NCBI GenBank assembly: GCA_000165425.1
Contig: CT867997.1
Location: 558,001-622,000 of the forward strand
DNA from: Paramecium tetraurelia
Lineage: Eukaryota
Length of the DNA stretch: 64,000 nucleotides
Direction of reading: 5' to 3'
The notes beneath the pieces were generated by a model. It was not told the DNA's origin, made no database searches, and worked only from the letters and a program-made list of their open reading frames with translations. Below are positions 1-13,511 of this stretch, piece after piece (position 1 is the stretch's first letter; each line of letters opens with the position of its first letter). The translations under genes and the position numbers were made by a program.

Positions 1-528
1 ATCTAAACGTAGTTCTGATTAGATCGATTATTTTTCAAATAATTCTGCTACTTGTAAACTTGAGTAATTAATAATGCATTCTCGTAAAAACTTTAAAAAA
101 CTATAATTTGGTTATGATTTTAGATGTTATAGGATTGTTAAAGTTGTTCTTGATTTTTCTACTTTATAAAACACTAATTGTTAAACCATAATCCAATCAT
201 CATACTTTCTGTGAATTCCTTAAGTGGATTCATTAATTTTGAAATAGTGATATTTATATTTAAGAGAATATATTTAATTTTTGAATTTGCATCTCTCAAT
301 TAAGCTTCCATCAGATAACTATTCTTTCCCAATTCTAAAATATTAGACTCTCTCATCCAATGAGGAATTCAGAGGGAGTAGGAAATCAAAAACTATATCA
401 CCTCTTTAGTAGAAGCTATTTGTTCCTGTATAAAATATTTTCAAATTTGGCAATTATTTAGATTAGATCCAATGCATTTTTTAGCATTATTTGAGAGTCT
501 AAAGGAATTCCTGTTCTTGTTAATTCAT
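1..528 (-). CDS. Hypothetical protein, 5' part (runs off the left edge)
   Basis: ATG at 528 opens a code-6 frame MNQQEQEFLQTLKQCQKMHWIQSKQLPNLKIFYTGTNSFYQRGDIVFDFLLP...; no family motif recognised. Confidence 0.5.
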
Positions 529-576
529 AATTTAAATATATATATAAATTTCGTTTGTTTAATTTATTGAGGGTGT

Positions 577-712
577 GAGTCTTTCGACCCTTCAGAAATT
601 GGTGAACGACTTCACAAGGAAGTCGTACACTCGCATTGGAGTAGTTTTCAATTAGCAATCTCGCGTATCCGTTGGTACGTCACTTACAGCGATATTGCCC
701 CTGAATAAGGAT
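577..712 (-). ncRNA. U4: U4 spliceosomal snRNA
   Basis: Minus strand reads ATCCTTATTCAGGGGCAATATCGC...GATTGCTAATTGAAAACT...ACGACT..AGTCGT..AATTTCTGA-AGGGTCGAAAGACTC. It has the conserved U4 core TTGCTAATTGAAAACT, a kink-turn 5' stem-loop (GTA-AGT-GA-CGT/ACG-GA-TAC), an Sm site and a 3' hairpin. Confidence 0.93.
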
Positions 713-762
713 AAATCTCCAACAATTCAAGTTTAATTTATATAATGAAGGCAATTATTTAA

Positions 763-774
763 TTTTATGGGTTT
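763..774 (-). promoter_or_regulatory. Ciliate snRNA upstream sequence element (USE)
   Basis: AAACCCATAAAA on the minus strand about 51-62 nt upstream of the U4 5' end, matching the CCCATAAA-type element known for ciliate snRNA genes. Confidence 0.8.
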
Positions 775-1534
775 CTATTCTCTAATTCATTTAAGTTAAT
801 TTTAGTAATTATATATAATAAACCTAATATTGGTCATTTTAATGAAGCAGGTGTTTAGTTCCCTTATTGGCAACACACTGCTTAACGTTTCTTATGGCTA
901 TCCTTTGGAATCCTTAATAGTATACCATAAATCATTCCAATTCAAGTAAATTCCAAATTTTGTTAACAATATCTCTTTCAATGTTAAAGTGATAAATCTA
1001 TAAATCCAAATTAGAATATTTATTAACAAATACAATCAAATCCGTAAACAAGAAGATCCAAATTAATAAAATCTAAAATTGTTGAATTGATTGCATCTAT
1101 TTTCCCCTTGTTTTAAAATCATAATCTCTTATTGCTATATATCATACAATTCTATATACATAATTTCAATAGAATGATGAAAAAATAATTTGAAATTCTA
1201 TTTCAGAATAATGAATAATCAATGATAAATGTTTCTTTAGATTTTGATGGATCATTTCTACAGTTTCATCTAAACCTTATCAATATGAAAAATTTATTAT
1301 AGAATTTCTATTTATGTATATTTAGTTCCAGAACTAATTGTAACTTACACATTCTTATATTTAATTATAAATTGGCATAGCATTAGCTAATTTAAAGATA
1401 AACTAATAATTTTCTGGTATAATATATTTTCTATTTTTCTTTAATTTAAATCTAATTAATTATAATGACTTTGGGCTTTAAGAAGGTTCTGGAAAATGAA
1501 GGAAAAAAATATTATTTTTTTTAAATTATTTCTA

Positions 1535-3236
1535 ATGGAAGTGGAACACAATACAGGAATAGATAGACTTAAATAATAGGCAGAAGATCATAAAAATAGA
1601 GGAAACGATTATTTTAAAAGATCATAATACTCTAATGCTGCAGAGGAATATGAAAAAGCTATTGGTATCAATAATCTTCCTATTTTAGAACTTTGTCCAA
1701 ATGAACCGAATTATTATGGTAATAGGGCTGCTTGTTTCCTTCAAATGAAAAAGTAATTTTTATTAATAATCTATTTAGGTATAAAAAATGTTTAAAGGAC
1801 TGTGAAAAGGCTCTAAGCTTAGACCCCAATAATGCTAAGTTTCTAAGAAGAAAGGCTTTGAGTTTGTAACATTTGGGATTGTTAACAGAGGCCAAGCCTA
1901 TTTTCGGGCAAATTGTTAGTTTAGATAATAGTGAGTAATCCATCAAGGAACATAAACAAATTAACGAATTAATCTATAATCTGTAGTAGACACAACAGAA
2001 ATTGGATGCCAAATAATATAAAGAAGCTTTATATTATATGGAAAAAGTTGCAAAGGAAATTCCAGATGCTGTCGACATTCAAATTCTGAATTGTGAATGT
2101 TTAGCCAGAACAGGCAATGCTAATTAAGCTTAGGAATAATTAAGACTAATTTAGGAGAAGTTTGGGACAAGGGCTGAATCATCTTATTTAAAGGGTCTAA
2201 TAGAATTATATGGAGGAAACCCAGATAAAGCAAAATCTATCCTTTAAGAGGGAGTAAGACAAGATTACAATAACAAAAAATGTTTATTAGCTTTTCAAAT
2301 GGCTAAAGATTCAGATAATTATAAATCTAAAGGAAATGATTGTTTAAATTCAAATAAATTTAATGAAGCTATTGATTATTATACCAAAGCGTTGGAAGTG
2401 GATTCTAACAATTTTAAATTCAATTCCATAATTTATGCCAATAGAGGATTGGCTTATTAGAAATTGAAGGATCATAGAAAGGCAGTCGATGATTTTGATA
2501 AATCAATTGAATTGAATGACCGATACTTCAAAGCCTATTTGAGAAGAGGAGATTCAAGATAAGAATTAGGAGATTTGGATGGTGCATAAGGTGACTATTA
2601 GAAAGTGATGGAGTTAGATTAAGGATCAATATAACAAATGAGATAGAAGATAAATGATATTACAAGAAAACAGAAACAATTATCGAAGAAAGATTATTAT
2701 AAAATCTTAGAAGTTGACAAAAATGCTTCAGATACAGATATTAAGAAAGCATATAGAAAATTAGCTTTGCAATGGCATCCAGATAAAAATAAAGAGAGTG
2801 AAGAATAAAAAGTATAATATTTATAATATTATTATAGAAATTAGCTGATAAGAAATTCAGAGAAATCGCTGAGGCATATAGTGTGTTGAGTGATAAATAG
2901 AAAAGATAGCAATATGATATGGGAGTAGATCCAAATGACCCAATGGGAGGAGCAGGAGGATTTGAAACAAATATTGATCCCTCCCAAATATTCAAGATGT
3001 TCTTTGGTAGTGAAGGAGGAGCAGACTTTGGTTTTGGGAACATGGCAGGAGGAGAATTTCCAGGAGGATTTAAAACTGTTTTTACAACTAATTTAGGAGG
3101 AATGGGTTAGAACATGAGAGGAGGACAAGGATTTCCATTTTAATTTGGAGATTTCTCATAGTAAGGAGGAGCAGGATTTTCTGGATTTTCATTTCCAGGG
3201 ATGCAATTTACATAATAGCAACAAAGAAGAAAATGA
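1535..3236 (+). CDS. DNAJC7: TPR-repeat plus J-domain co-chaperone (DNAJC7/TPR2-like)
   Basis: TPR repeats ([12 protein letters not shown]...[17 protein letters not shown]...IYANRGLAY), J-domain DYYKILEV...[15 protein letters not shown]-rich tail; introns ~1665-1688, 1753-1778, 2812-2837. Confidence 0.92.
1665..1688 (+). other. Example of a tiny (24-nt) GT-AG spliceosomal intron
   Basis: gtatcaataatcttcctattttag; removal restores the TPR text [17 protein letters not shown]; many similar 20-30 nt introns occur across the window. Confidence 0.85.
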
Positions 3237-3411
3237 TTGATATTCTCTATATAAATTAGTATTTTATATATATTTAATTAATATCTGAATACAAGTTGAT
3301 TGTTTATTAAAGATACAAAAATTTATCTCCACCAAAAAAACGCTAATGAAATAAAAAGATTAAATTATGAAAATCTCAATATAATTAAATTAAAGAATTA
3401 TTTTCAATTTT

Positions 3412-3860
3412 ATGAATTTCTACCCTATTGACTTTGAAGAACAACATTCATAATGTACTTATTCTACTTATTTCTAGAGTTAATTCATGAACCTCTTATT
3501 GAATAAACAAATGAATCATAATATTATGAATATGAACAAAGTGCTCAATAGGAACCAGAATAACTTAATACTTTTGATGGGTATTTATAGGAAGAACCTG
3601 TCCTTTTGTTTAATTATGTGGAGGAAGCCCCTAAAAAAAAGACTAAGCATGTTATCAGAAAATCAAAAAAAATTAGAAAAGTTGATTCTGAAACTGATGT
3701 CCCTTCAAAAAAAAGTCTGAAATCTCACGTTACTAATAATGATGTCTTGAAATTATAGTAATGCTAGAGATTAAAAACAATAATCTCTCAAATGGAGGCT
3801 TTCTTATAATAGACAAGAGCTTCAATACTCAAACAATATATTAACAATCACACCAAGTGA
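3412..3860 (+). CDS. Hypothetical protein
   Basis: MNFYPIDFEEQHSQ, one ~23-nt intron, then an open acidic/basic code-6 frame to TGA at 3858-3860. Confidence 0.6.
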
Positions 3861-4779
3861 CTTTTCCAATGATTAAATATATCGAGTTATATATATATAA
3901 TTGTAATAATTAGTATCAATATCTCTTCTTACAATTTAAATAGAAACATCAATTTCCTAAATAGAATCTTGTATTCAAATTTTTTCAAGATTCAATATTG
4001 AAAACAAATTCTTAATAAGTAAATCGTTTAATAAAAATAGATAGCTTGTAAAATAACAATAGTGTTATATAATATTTTTTAAATAAAATGAATATGGTAT
4101 TTTTTTTGAAATATGTCTTGCTCTAAGGTATAAACATAAACTTTAAGAAAATGAAAGATTAAAGTGCATCCTCTACTGTTTATATCAACATTCACCTTCA
4201 GGTTCATTATAATAATAATTAATAATATGAACGGAAGTGATTGCATTAATTATAAAATAAGATATTTTGCATATTAAGTATTTATATAAATAATATATTA
4301 TTTTTTATAATTAATTTTTATAAACTTGAATAATAATAAAAGGGTGACAAGAAAAATATCCCCTATATTTGATTAATGCTACTAACCTTTAAAACATTCC
4401 AATTTTAAAGACTACCACATCAAGAAGTGAAATTAATTTATACTAAGAATTAATTGAAATTTAAATATTAAACAAAATCTCACATTTGATCTTAATTGGA
4501 TAAAAATTGATTTGAAAGGCAAATCAATAAATAACAATAAAGTTTAATCAGAGTATTGATATAAAATGGGCAATCTTAACAAATTATCAATTCAGTAAAG
4601 TTTTAATAATAAATACAATATTTTATGCTCTTTTTATAAAACAAACTCTATAGTATATTATTTAACAAAGTTATTTTAAAATAAATTACAATAAATAGCC
4701 TCTCTTTCTAAATAATTGTGATATTTTTATATATATTATTGGTTTCTATAAAATAAAAAAATATATTATCTGATTTTTT

Positions 4780-7700
4780 TCATTTTAATTTTGATGCTAT
4801 TTTAGTAATATTATATGCACTGGGCATTTTAGTAGGATCAAATCTCGAAAGTAATCTATTATCTGATTTTTCTTCTAATTATTATCTAGTAATTTTTTCA
4901 TGATATCCATACTGATATCTGTTTCTAGAAGCAGTTGGTTTATCTATTGCATCTCTTCTTTTATTATATTCTTTATATTATATTAACTACTCTTTCTTTT
5001 TAACAATTGATATTGACTTAAAAACCTTTTGTTATTATTAATCAGTAGCTTTAAGGATCGACTTTAGATTTTTGTCTTTAAATTTGATTTCATCATAATA
5101 AGGTAAAATGTAAACATCAGTAGGTCTCCTTAGATGTTCTTTAGAAGGTAGTCTTTTTATCTATTTTTGTGGTTCATCAACATCGAATCCCTCAATTTGG
5201 CTATTCTCACTAGAAATCTAGGCATCAACATCACTTTCAGTAAAATCAATAGTATTTTGCACTTCACCTGCAACAATAAAAAAATGTTCTGAGAAACTTC
5301 TCCAAGCCTTCAATGCCATCTTAAGATATAAATATTCCTATAGAATGTTGAAATTACTTTAAATATCCACCTTTTCATTTACTCTTTCCCTTCTAAAGTG
5401 ATGAGATCGCTGATTGTACAATCTATATTTTATTTTCTTATCATTTTCCTTCATTATTGTTTTACCAGCCTCAGTAGTAATTTTGAATACACTTTCTTTG
5501 AAAGCTTATTTAAAAACTTCGTAAAGAAGATTCCTAAAGGTAAGACAACCTGCAAAATCCTTTTTTAATTCAAAACTTGATGCTTTTTTGGCAGCATCCC
5601 AAATGTTGTCTCCTTTTAAAGCTCCTAATGGTTCCTCTAAATCTAATAGAAAATGTCCTAAGTATTTAGTTTGCATTTTTGTCCCTTGAAATTCTTCAGT
5701 ATATTTGCACCATAAAGTTCTAAATTTATCTATTGTTTCTACATAAGTCTCTAAACAACTGCTGCTTGTATCATAAAATTTTTCAAATTCTTAAACCAAT
5801 TCACAAACAATTAAATTCATCAATACTCTAGCCCCAATAAATATTAAACTATAATAAAACACAGAAGCTAAAACCCACGGTTTGTTTTATTATTTCATAT
5901 AATTTTAAGAATCAACAAAAATAAATCTCCATCCATTTTCGGTTGTGCATTTAAAACTAGCTAGTAAACCAAAAAAAAAATTATTAAAATTTAATTAATC
6001 ATTTAGAATGGAACCTGAGTTTGCCTCTCCAAAAAGAGCACAACCTACATATGAATAACATGATAAAACAGTAATAAATAATCCCAAAATTCTCAGTATA
6101 GCCATTTTATTGAAATAAATAACATTTAATAATTTTCGTATTCTTGTAAACTACTAGATAATTAATGACATTCTTAGACATCTATTCAATATAAAAATTC
6201 TCAACCAAATAAAATATGGATCATCTCTGCTGGCTCTTGCATATCTCATATAAAAGTTAAACTAAATATCGATGTAGAAATCAAGTAACGATAATAACAC
6301 AAAAATCAATTACATTTATCTCCAAATATCATCAAAATATCTTTTAATATGATATGTAAACAATTTTAGAATACAGTCTATTAATAGAATAAAGCTAAAA
6401 AAGTGATTGAGCCAATTCAGAGTTTGTAAAAATCTAGTACTGCCTTACTCATAAAATAACATCAAAGTAACTAAGATTATTAAAACAATTACATAGATTT
6501 AGAATTAAACTTAGTTTAGTAATTAAAATATAAGATGAATTTTCCAGAAGTATTTTAGCCTTTAATCTCAATCCTTTCTTTGGTGGTTTTGAGTAATTCG
6601 GAGTATCCAACATTATAATCTCAGTTAATTTTAAAAATAATTCTTAATCTAAGGTTAAATCAGGATTCAAAAGTTGCTGCTTATTTTATTAAAAGTTAAC
6701 AAAAATAACTCCTGCAAAGAATTATAAGAAGAACAAGGCTCCTATAAAGGTGAAACTGAAAAAAAATAAATATGAAATCCATTCATTATTAAATCGAATT
6801 GGTCCTGTTTATTCTGAAGCACTGTTAATACAAACAAAGAATGTTATTCCCCAACCATCAAGAGTAGAAATAATAAATAAGGATTGCATAGCTTCAATTA
6901 TGTTATTAAAATTATGAGGGTATACTTTCCATTCTCCTTAACAGTCCTATCTTCCCACTCCATAATTAAAATAAGAATCACAATAGCCAAGCTTATCTTT
7001 ATAAATAGTCATTCCAAAAATAGCAAAGATGAACCAAAAAAGTAAAATAACATAGAAAATTCTTAAGATATCAGAAAATGATTTCATTATAGCTCCTCTT
7101 TCATTAACGAAGAATCCATAAGTTGATGTTACTTTGAGGGGACGCAAATAGCCCAAATATAATATCCATTTCAAAGCAGAATGATTAGATGCTAAATAAA
7201 GAAAATAAGTAACAACATATGCAAAATCAATACTAACCCATATACTACTAAAGTATCCATCCTATGCAATAGCTCCATAAGTAATTATTTAAATTATTGC
7301 ATCGATCAATATTAATAAATTAAATAGACATTAAATTATCTCAAAAGGATTCCAAAAATTTTAATCAGTTTCATCATAATAAGTAATCAAAATTAAATTA
7401 ATTAAACTGCTCCATAAAACAAAACATAATAATAATTTAATAGGATAAATTTCAGAGATCATAAAGCATGTCTTCCTTAATGAATTACTTTTCTAAATTA
7501 TGAACAATGAATATTCATTTTATATGTTATAATATTTCTCTTTGTTTTCTGGTTCAATTAGAGTTTCAAGTAAACTCTTCAAATTTATATTGTTATTATC
7601 TTTCTTTACTAAACTCTCTTTTCTTATTTCTGAATCGTAATGATTAAAATTCAAGACTACACTTTGTTCCTTTTCTTCTATTGATTATGTTTCCGACTCC

Positions 7701-10700
7701 TTTGCACTATCCAAATAGTTTGCAAATCCATCAAGAATAATAACAAAAGATAATCCAAATCCAAAATAGTTAACTATAAATACTAAAGAAATACAAAATA
7801 AGAATCCGATGTAATAGATTCCATAAGTTGTACTTAGTATAACGACACCATACCAATCATCACCAGTCGATATATCATATACTGCTATCCAAGATTGATA
7901 AATATTGCCAAAATAATGATACATTTTTAATTCATCAAATTCAGGGAAATCAAATATTTACAATGAAAATATTGCATAATTCAACATTAAAAAGAGAAGT
8001 AACAATGCCATTACTGCATAATTTGGAAATGTTTAGTAGGATATCATTATCATATTTTGTGCAAATGTATTATATTTGATGACTCTAAAGAAAAAGAGGG
8101 ACTTTAGTATTTTTATATATATAAAAATTTCGAATGTTGGTTCCTATTCATCAAAAAGTGAAAAAAATAATATTCTCTCAATTAAAATAAATGTAATTAT
8201 TAGTACACTCAGAACATTAGTGAAATTTTACAAATACTTATGAATTGTCAAAACCTTTAAAATGGTTTCCAAAAATAACAGTATTGTTACAATTAAATCA
8301 AAATAATCTGCTATTATTTGGTCATAAAAATCAGAAAATGTTAATATTAAAATATTTAAACAAACAAATCCATCTAGTAATATCTAAATAATTTAATTAG
8401 TAATAAAGTAATATAATTAGTATTGAATTTTGATAAGATAAAAACGTATTCCTTTCAAAAAATAATAATTCCAATATTTATTTAAATATTAGACCACAGA
8501 TTCAAAATGAAATCTCTCTATCAAATCACTACCAGACCATTATTATAGGTAGATTCCTTCTTAGGATTAATTTCTTTCTTGCTCATACACTTCTTCATAA
8601 TTTGTAATTGAAATAGTTTCATTTTTTAATTTAAGATTTATCATTGCAACCACATCATCATAGTTAAGATTAAATTAATTAGGATTTATACTTGTTCTAC
8701 TCTATGTATTCATTTACAATAATTTTTAATTTTTATTCTTTTTTTAAAAAGGATTTTGCTATTTACTTTCTTATTAAGAATATATAACAAAAATATTGTT
8801 TCCCATCTTCTATTATTAGAAATGCTCATGATTCTACTTTACAGAACTTGATTACATACTACTTTCATTCATGCTTGAATTTCCTAGGCTTTCAAAGAAC
8901 TCTTCATCATTATGCATGTGAACTGTCTTTTTCATGTAAGGAAATCTTGGTTTTGGTCTATCATTTGTTTTAAAGTTGTTTTAAACTTTTTAAACAATAA
9001 AATATTGTTGATGTAAATGTTACTTCTTCATAATTTTTCCCTCTTTCTATTTCTTTTTAGGATCTTCTTATATCTGTATATCTTAAATTGATGCAAAATC
9101 ATAAGGCACATTATATCGAACTTCTGTATAAATACTCAAATAATCTAAACTTCTTAGAGTGTAGAATGTTTCCAAATGTGAAAATTTACTTTCATTATTA
9201 TTGATAAGGTTTTAAATTTATGATTGTAATTAATGATATGGAAAATAAAAGGAAATTATCCAAGACTGATGAGTGTTTTGTTTCAAAATTAGTTCTCTTT
9301 CATTCTGTTAATCTATCTATTAACGTGCAGATAAGTATTTAACATTATTATGTTCTTGAATTGGTTGCATACTTAGCTTTTGCTATCTACTTTTTGGGTC
9401 TAATCGATATTATGTATTAAATTTGTAATTTTAATAGTTGAAAATTTCCATCTTAACCGTTTTCCAAATATCAGTTTCTAACAGCTATGACATGTTTATT
9501 TTAATTTAATCCTCTGAAAATTCAGGTTTAACAGGATTATTGATATAATATTCCTAAGTTTTATGATAATAGACTTTTAGAACAGCAATTAAAAGCTGAA
9601 AGTAAAATTTGTTAATCGCAAAAATGATGAATACATATAAAATACAGACGAAAGGATTGAATTATTTCATTAGCATATACATGGTTATCGTCCAATCATT
9701 TACTATACTAGTTCTTATAGTTTAAAAGTAAGCAAACAGAATATTATCAAAATTAGTTGGAACATCAATACTCTATAATTGTCGAGCACATACAAAGCCA
9801 ATCTCGCATTCCTTATATCCACAGACTGCAATTTCGTATGAATTCAAGGAAAAAATTCCAAGTTCCTCGTGCATGCATCTATATTTAAGCACTCCATTAA
9901 AAGCATATAGCATAAATATTGCAATTAAAATTGTAAACAGAATTAATATTAGCAAATTTTCTACAATTTGTTTTACTGCTTCTTTAATTGATAATAAAAT
10001 GATATTTAACTTATTGCTAATACGTCCAACATAGATTGGTATTCTGATTAATCTAAAAGTAGATACATCAAAGGGTATGTAATGGTTCTATAAAATGTAT
10101 AAAAGATAGAGAACGAGGATTAATAAATCATAAATATTCCAAAATGATTATATGTACTTTTTAAACCCTTAACCAGCTAAATGTATAAAAGCGTCAATAA
10201 AATATAAAACACAAAATAAATATTAGTATTCGCTTATTTTAGGTGACTCTTAAGGAGATCTATTCAAAAATAGGATAATATTTGCTAATGTTACCAACAT
10301 TTCATATAAATCAAAAATAGTGGATTATAATAGCTTGTAGCATAATATTTCTATTGAAATGATTATTGTGACTATTATCTTTCTAAAAAACAAGAATCTA
10401 AGCCCATCCTAATAATACGAAACCTCCTTTTTCAACCATTAAAAATTATGAGAAACTCTTAAATTGATAGAATGATTCAAATTTTTCTAATCTATTAATT
10501 ATTAGTATTCAAGCTCAGGATTGAAATCTAATTGAGCAACTTTTTCCTTTTCTTCCGCCCACTCCTCCTTTCTTAATATTTGGTCAATATTGTCTATTTT
10601 CCGTATTTTAGTGTTCTCAATCTAATTCCTTATATAATTTTTCTCTTGCATTTCTTCCAAACAATCGTCTAATTCATATAATTGAGCAAAGGCCTATTTA

Positions 10701-11155
10701 GAAGCTTATCTCTGAAATTAATCGTTTAACTTTATGATTGAATCCTCTTATTCAATATTGAAAACACTATTCATCTCAGATTCTGATTATTCTTCTTTAA
10801 TGGGTTTTTTAGAGACTAGATGTTCTTCTGTTTGAGGAGATTTCATTTACTAATTTGAATTGTTTTTATGTATTGATTTTTGGATGGATTTTGATTAGTT
10901 TGATTGCTTCATACTCTCTTTCATTGTTTAATTAGTTTATATTATTTGGGATTTATGTCTTGCTTTACCTACAGTTGACTTTTACGAGACAGCTTTTTTG
11001 AATTATTTGATTTCGACTTTCTAATCGAAAGGGGAATCATTTATTTTTGTTTTATTTAAGAATTTATCTTTTTTAATTTCTCTAGATGGTTATGATTCTT
11101 GAGATTCTTAATGTTACGACTTCTACTCATAGAATCTTTCCTTATTGTTTGACAT
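4780..11155 (-). CDS. Four-domain voltage-gated Ca2+/Na+ channel-like alpha subunit (~2100 aa)
   Basis: Four 6-TM repeats with P-loops NFDNILFAYFQTIRTSIVNDW, FGNIYQSWIAVYDISTGDDW, NFNNIIEAMQSLFIISTLDGW and NFNNFFFGLLASFKCTTENGW; S4-like segments; C-terminal LEEPLG EF-hand-like region. Confidence 0.9.
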
Positions 11156-11680
11156 TTTGATTGACACTTAACTTTATTCGATTTATTAATCAAAATTATT
11201 AAGTGAATTATAAAAGTTCCAAAATGCTTAAGTCTTATATACTATATTTCATCCCCCGGAGAGTAAATACTCCAAATCTATTATCCATTTTATAAAATAC
11301 TGTATAAAACTAAAGATTTGAGAAATTATATTTTCAATTTCCGTTATCCACTATTTACTTAATAATAGAACAGGAGGTGAAAAAAATTAAATATTGAGTT
11401 ATTTGATCCAAGAATATCATAAAATGATTGCTCTAAGAGGTCAGCTAAATATTTTTTATTTCTAATAATATGGCTTCGAATCTTGAATAAGGAAACTAAT
11501 AATACCATTTTGGATGAAGAATACTTACAATGAGTTGACTTACCTTAATATTTCTTATATTTGAATCAAAAATTGACTCCTTGCGTTGAATAATTTACAT
11601 TATCAATTAAATAATGTATTCAAAATTTCATTAATTAAGATTAAGTTAATTAATGTTGTAAAATATTTAATTATTATAGA

Positions 11681-12812
11681 TCATTAAAAGGAAACTGTGA
11701 ATTAAGCAAAAACAGGTCTATGGTCACTACCTAGGATATCGAAATTTGCATCATAATTTTATAATTTAATTTGTGATGGTTAATTTTCGTTGAAACCTTG
11801 AGTAGATGATAAGGTCTTAGATTGTTTATTTTCTTTAAATAGAATTCTATCACACCATCCAGGTATTCTGAAATCATTTCCTACAGCCCATTAATTTTAG
11901 TATTCTAATAGTTTATAGGTCGGCGGAAAGAAAATCATTCCTTCTAAGAATTAGGTTTGGTAATCTATTTATAACCAATTGAATACTTAATGAATTATTT
12001 CTACTTAGATGCATCTAATCTTTTGAAAGCCATCCAAAAAAATCTGAATGGTTTCTTATGGTTTAAGTTGTAATTTTTTAATCTATCCTTGAATTAAAGT
12101 CCCCAGTCCAGATCAAATAATCGTATGGTACATTCTTGTGACTAGAATAAACTTCATTTTCAAAATGAGATTCGAGCTTAGAGAACTATGTCTACCTCTT
12201 AGCCTCGGCATTCTATCCACTTTCAAGGTGACTATTTGCAAATAGGAATATTTTCTCATTAATATTAACTGAGATGGCTATGCCTCCTTTATTACCTACT
12301 ATTCCCATGAAACCTTGTGAGAGTGTATATGGCCTTCCATTTTTAATTTTAGGGACCAATAATACATGAGCAAATACGATTAGATGCATAGCATTGAGTG
12401 TTGCAGATTAAACTTTCACATAATTTTTGCCTAGTTCATCTTTTAACTTGGATTCCCAACTTCCTTTTGATTCACAAAGCAGAGATACAGCTATACTTCT
12501 TGAACATTCTTAGGTGCCTATAACAATTAAATCATGGTGAATTGATTCTATATTGAAGAGTCTCTTCAAAGAGTAACCAGGTATCATTCCATGCATATTC
12601 CATGTTATCACAAGTATTCTAATATCATTATCGAGAGTCCATTCAGATTTGAGTTAGTTCATCCATTTATATGTGCACTTATGATTAAGATGTAACATCA
12701 ATTAATTGAGATGTCCAATTAGTTTTTAATCTTAAGAGAATTCACCGAAAAACCTCTAATTAAATAAAGGGAACGGAAGATGGTCTTATTGAGGAATAGA
12801 TGTATTGTTCAT
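11681..12812 (-). CDS. Inositol polyphosphate 5-phosphatase (EEP family)
   Basis: Motifs ITWNMHG, IVIGTQE, GNKGG, FANSHL, IWTGDFNSR, FPPTYK, PGWCDRILF, SDHRPV; one intron ~11965-11986. Confidence 0.93.
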
Positions 12813-13511
12813 AATCTATATTTTCCAGTTTTGATTTTTGATTTTATATTAAATTATATATTTGGATTCCTTAAGATAACTGAAACTAATTTACTTTAAT
12901 TCCTCAACCGATGGGTCAATTAATTAAGTGAAAAATTTCATAAAACTGAAGTCTACAGGTTTAAATTTCAAAAAAATAATAATATTGAAAAATTACCGGT
13001 TTCAAAAAAACCAAAGTAATATTCTTATCCTTATGTAAATAATCTGATGTTATCTTAGGATTAAATAGCTGTAGAAATATAATTTAGGAGTTCATCGAAT
13101 ATTTCTATCCTCAAAATCAAACGATTATATTTTAAATGGTTACATTTATATGATACAAATCTAAATTAGAAAGGAATTAAAATATTTATAAGTTCTCAAT
13201 CAATTTACAATAGAACCCCTGATATTATTAGGTTAATCTATTTAGTTTAATTCTTAATAAAAATAGGATGGGATATTTTGATATATATATTTGATGGAAT
13301 GCATGAATTCCAAATCCGCAATTTTTATCATATGAGGTAGAAGTAATTAATGCTAGTGGTTGAATTTATGGACGATAGGGATGTTGTTTCTATCGTGGAA
13401 TGAGTTTGAAAGGTATAGGAGAATACAACTAGAAAAAGTGATTATCAGAATAATAAATTAATATTGCTAAAAATGAATATTCTTTATAGGTATGTGTGAT
13501 GATGTAAATGT

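Noticed and set aside
458..658. ORF-track 66-aa protein
   Set aside because: Overlaps the U4 snRNA and is out of frame with the code-6 CDS starting at 528
1680..3043. Minus-strand track ORFs 1680-1946 and 2741-3043 (likewise 17422-17607, 20382-20654, 27617-27835, 27903-28100, 30319-30501, 32893-33108, 35044-35244, 45622-45825, 55457-55657)
   Set aside because: Antisense shadows of well-supported genes on the opposite strand
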